DNA from: the human T2T-CHM13v2.0 reference genome, Homo sapiens
Reading direction: 5' to 3' (one strand)
NCBI RefSeq assembly: GCF_009914755.1
Contig: NC_060940.1
Length of the DNA: 64,000 nt
Shown here: positions 60,081 through 64,000 of the stretch, in pieces
How positions within the stretch are numbered: position 1 is the stretch's first letter
Layout: every line of letters begins with the position of its first letter
Program-made: the position numbers and the translations under genes
The notes under the pieces: model-generated
What the model was told of the DNA's origin: nothing
Database searches by the model: none
The model's input: only the letters and a program-made list of their open reading frames with translations

Positions 60081-62004
60081 AAAAAGGAGCACAAATAAAC
60101 TCTTGGGAATGATGGATATTTCACTGTCTTGAGTGAGATGAGAGTTCATGGATGTATGTATATGTCAAAACTTATCAAGGGGCACACTTAAACACTAAAT
60201 TCAACCTTCTCTCAGTAAAAACACCTGAGCATTCCATGGATGAAGTGAGAGAAGGCTGGGGCCAAGGATGAGGAAGAAGATGGAAGGGGCACAGGGGCAC
60301 TTCCGCAAAAAAACAAGTCCTCTAAATTATACATCCTCTCTCTGTTGTTTCTGAAAATTGTCTGTTATTAGTAATGAAGATAAGGTGATTTTATTGGATG
60401 TGGATGCTGATACAGCTCATGACAATTCATACTGGCCGCAAGGCAGTGGTTTGTAGATAGTATTCTGAAAAGAGACATGCTCGTGGAGGACCCCAGCTTC
60501 CAAAGATGACCCTATGAGCAGCTCACTGTACTTGCTTCCTCCCCTGCCTGAACATTGCAGATGGTTGTTCCTGAGGCAGCCATGAGCAAGTGGCAAACTT
60601 GTTGAGAAGGAGCTGAAATGCGGTCAGCATCTGGGAGAGCCTGGGAGCCTTCCTTCTGGTCTGCAGATACTTCTGTCTGTCTCACTCTCTGAGCTTGACT
60701 GTTCTTGGTTGAACTTTGCTTTCTCTCCTGGGTCCCCTGCTGGTAACTGGATCTGCTTCTTCAAGCTGTGGGACCCTCAGTAGCCATAATCTGGTGGGTG
60801 ACGTTGATCAGAAGGAATTTTTCTATTTCAGAGTTATATTTATTGGCTTTGAATACTTAGGAACGCTTTGGAAGAGGGAAATGACATAGCGAGTAAGATA
60901 TTTAGATAGGCAGATACGATAAAGGGGAAGATGATACAGTCAGTTCTGTGATAGCGTGACATGTATTTTCCTAAACTTGACTATACTATGCAGAATTACA
61001 CAGTAAAACCAGATGGGAAAAATTGGGTTGGGGCACAGCATTCAAAAACTTCATCAGTGAGATGTTTAAAAAGGGTAGAAACCTAATACAAATCATAGCA
61101 TGGTTTTACGTACATTAAGTGGTTAAGAAATGCATATATAGTAAAATAAACATCTCATTTCACCCTGGAAAAGACCTGAAGTTTGGTTTGGAAGTGGATG
61201 TCTGAAGGAATGTAGTTTGTGAGTTACTGGGAAGGATGGAAGCAGTGTCATCTGAGATGGGAGGGAATCTTGCAGGCCCAGGTGTGGATGAGTGTGGCTC
61301 ATAACTTGCACAATGAACTGAGGTTGCTGGTAGATGTTTGCATGTGTATGTGTGCGCCCATGTGCACAGATGCTTGTATTTTGCATATTGCTCAATGTCT
61401 CAGCCCAGCTGGTTACAGCTTTCTGTGTTTACCTACTGTTTCTCGCAGATGAAATCATGTATAAGCAAATGCAAAATGTTATGCTCAGATTGTTCTCTAA
61501 TATATCAGTTACACTGGAACAAATTCACATCTTCCAAACAAGCATCACTGCAGAACCAACTGTGCAGTGTTGCGAGAGGGGCTGTGTGGAGAAGCTTTCT
61601 AAAGGAGGTTTCTGGAGGACATTGTAGGGTAGGACTGAACTGTAGGATCTCAAGAGCACCCAATCGTGGCACCTGCCTTTGTTTACCTACTGTTAGTAAA
61701 CCAAGTGTCTGTGAATCCATGTTTCCCTGTCTTACCCACCACTGTTGCTACATGGAAGGAACTGGAAAGGCAGCTCATTCTTCAGGGCTGTCGTGAGCCA
61801 CCCTGGGCTCTGATTACCGCTCTGTTGGATCCATCAGCCACCAAAGAAGGCTGAGGCTGCCCAGGGGGGCAGTAGGAAGGGGAGCCAGCTCTCCCTTGAC
61901 CCAGAACTGAGAGAGTTGTACAGAAACAGATGCCCAGACATTGTTATTTCAGACCTGTCACATTAAAAAAATGTAGTCATTGACATGATGTTGTCAATTC
62001 AATC

Positions 62005-62130
62005 ACCAGCTTGTTATTGACTTATTGAGTACCTAGTATGTATCAGGTCCCATTTATGGTACGTTAGCAAATAAAGCAGACAAAGCTCCCTGTCCCTGTG
62101 GCATTTATATTCTGGAGACTCAGATAAATG
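62005..62130 (-). mobile_element. L2 3' end
   Basis: ttattgagtacctagtatgtatcagg...cagacaaagctccctg. Confidence 0.65.
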
Positions 62131-63040
62131 AGGTGTTATTTTTCTGAATAAGGACATGAGAATAAACAAGTCAGCAATAACAATAACAATTCATGCTTTC
62201 ATTTCAAAAAAGAATTGTCACCTTTATTTTTGAAAGGACATCTTTATACCAGGTGCACAGGGCTGATGTAATCTCAGAATGCAGGACTGATCTTTAAAGA
62301 AAATGGTATGTCCACATACAGAGTCTTGGAAACCACAGCTGATGGGCAAGGGAAGGTTAAGCCTTGAGAAGGATCCAACTGTCTTATTTCTGGCCCATAA
62401 CTCTCTGTAATAAAGCATATCAAACGCTCAGGGAACTGTGGGGAGGCAACCCTGGGTCCTAAATACCCACTGCATGGTTCTTACTTGCTGGGAGGTTTCT
62501 CCGGCCACTCTTGCCTCAGTTTCCCTTCTAACCTCTTGAGAGTTGAGATGTTTTTCTTCTGGCTTGAGATAAGTAACTGCCTCTGGAGCTCTTACCCCGT
62601 GACTTCCTCCAGCAAGCACTTTCCTTCCCCATCCTCCCAGGCTGAATTTTCACCAGGGGCTATTTGTACTATAGTTACTTACTTATCGAACACTTCAGCA
62701 TCCATGGAGGCAGCTGGTCTGCCCAGAGTGGGATACATGTGCGAGGCTCCCTGAAGCCCTAGATGCTACTGGGTTGTTGGACGGGACACAGCCAGAGCTG
62801 CTAGTATATGCACAGGGCGATTCCAACAAGCATCTCTTGTTACCACTAAATTGTGCTGCCTGCTGCAGCCAGGGAGTTCCGGCTTCCTTAGGTTATTTAG
62901 GAATAGATTTACAAAGTGCCTCCGAATCCACTCTGCTTTGGGACTGTGTTCCATCAAGGGTGATGCCTGTTCTCTAGCAGCTTGCTTTCAGCACGGTGAT
63001 TCGGTGTGTGTCCCCTGGGCCTGGGTTCAAATCTCAGCTC

Positions 63041-63382
63041 TTTTTTTTAACCTTACGTTCTGGGATACACGTGCAGGTTTGTTACAGAGGTATACATGTG
63101 CCATGGTAGTTTGCCGCACCTATGAGCCTGTCATCTGGATTTTAAGCCCCACAGGTATTATGTATTTCTCCTAAAGCTGTCCCTCCCTCCGCCCCCCACC
63201 CCCCGACAGGTGCTGGTGTGTGATGTTCCCCTCCCTGTGTCCATGTGTTCTCGTTGTTCAACTCCCACTTATGAGTGAGAATATGCGGTGTTTGGTTTTC
63301 TGTTCCTGTGTGAGTTTGCTGAGAATGATGGTTTCCAGCTTCATCCATGTCCCTGCAAAGGACATGAACTCATTCTTTTTTA
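63041..63382 (-). mobile_element. L1PA 3' end inserted in a MIR (~63010-63570, +)
   Basis: gtgcaggtttgttaca...tgtgatgttcccctccctgtgtccatg...caaaggacatgaactcattc; TSD tcagctc(c)ttttt. Confidence 0.92.
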
Positions 63383-63779
63383 TGCTCAGCTCCTTTTTAT
63401 TATTAGCTGTGGATGAGTCATTCAACTTTTCTAAGCTCTGGTTTCCTCATCTAAGGATATGCATAATAATGAAACAGACTGTGTCGTGTTACGGTGAAAT
63501 TGAACTAAGATAATGTAGTCAGCCCAGTCTGGTACGTGGCCAGAACTTAACGCAAGCGAGCTCTCACCATCAAAGGAGTGCAGCTTCTCTGAGATAACCT
63601 TGCTTGGTGATTCCCAGCCCTTGGGGATGATTCTTTTCCCCTGGGTTAAGAGTGGTTTATTATCCATCCCTCCTTAAGCATTCCGTCATATGTTGCCTCC
63701 TATGAGGCTAACATACAGAGTGTTTCTGCCTTATTTTTCCAGCGCTATTTGCTCACAATTATTGAGCTCTTCAATGACA

Positions 63780-63975
63780 GGCATTGGGCTAGTGACTTCC
63801 CAAAGGTTTCTGTATTAAATGCTCACATAGCCCAAGAGGTGCGGGACGTTTTAGTCCATGTTTCAGGTGAGAAAACTGCAGACCAGGAAAGTTTAGTAAC
63901 TTACTTAAAACCACACACCTAGTCAGGGGCAGAGAAGTGGTTAGAAGCCTGGCTTTTCTCTCCACCCACAGGAAT
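63780..63975 (-). mobile_element. MIR
   Basis: caggtgagaaaactg...gtaacttacttaaaaccacacacctagt. Confidence 0.7.
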
Positions 63976-64000
63976 TTCAAACTGTCAGAGGATGGAGGTC

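Overview
Primate, most likely human, non-coding genomic DNA (intergenic or deep intronic). I see no credible protein-coding exon, RNA gene or CRISPR array. The long listed ORFs fall mostly in Alu/L1/L2/LTR or tandem-repeat sequence, and none is a recognisable protein. A large part of the window is interspersed repeats. These include about 27 Alu copies, many MIR and L2 fragments, and several old L1 elements, one of them a near full-length, multiply interrupted L1ME/L1MD at ~54.3-60.2 kb. There are also MaLR/ERVL/ERV1 LTRs (MSTA/B, THE1, MLT1, MLT2A, MER66-like, MER4A1, MER67-like) and DNA-transposon relics (Tigger3, MER5, MER20, MER58A, MER3, MER96B-like). Subfamily names are from my recall of consensus sequences and need RepeatMasker/Dfam confirmation; boundaries of old elements are approximate. 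I did not find a new multi-gene system. The most notable signals are: (1) a 154-bp multi-template patch inside an MSTA LTR, copied from two sites ~1.0 and ~1.75 kb upstream, with junction microhomology and a fold-back; (2) a 17-bp minisatellite forming an array of ETS consensus sites inside a MIR; (3) an ancient L1ME with twin-priming inversion geometry; (4) a G-rich ~49-bp VNTR born inside an MLT1 LTR; and (5) several rearranged Alus.
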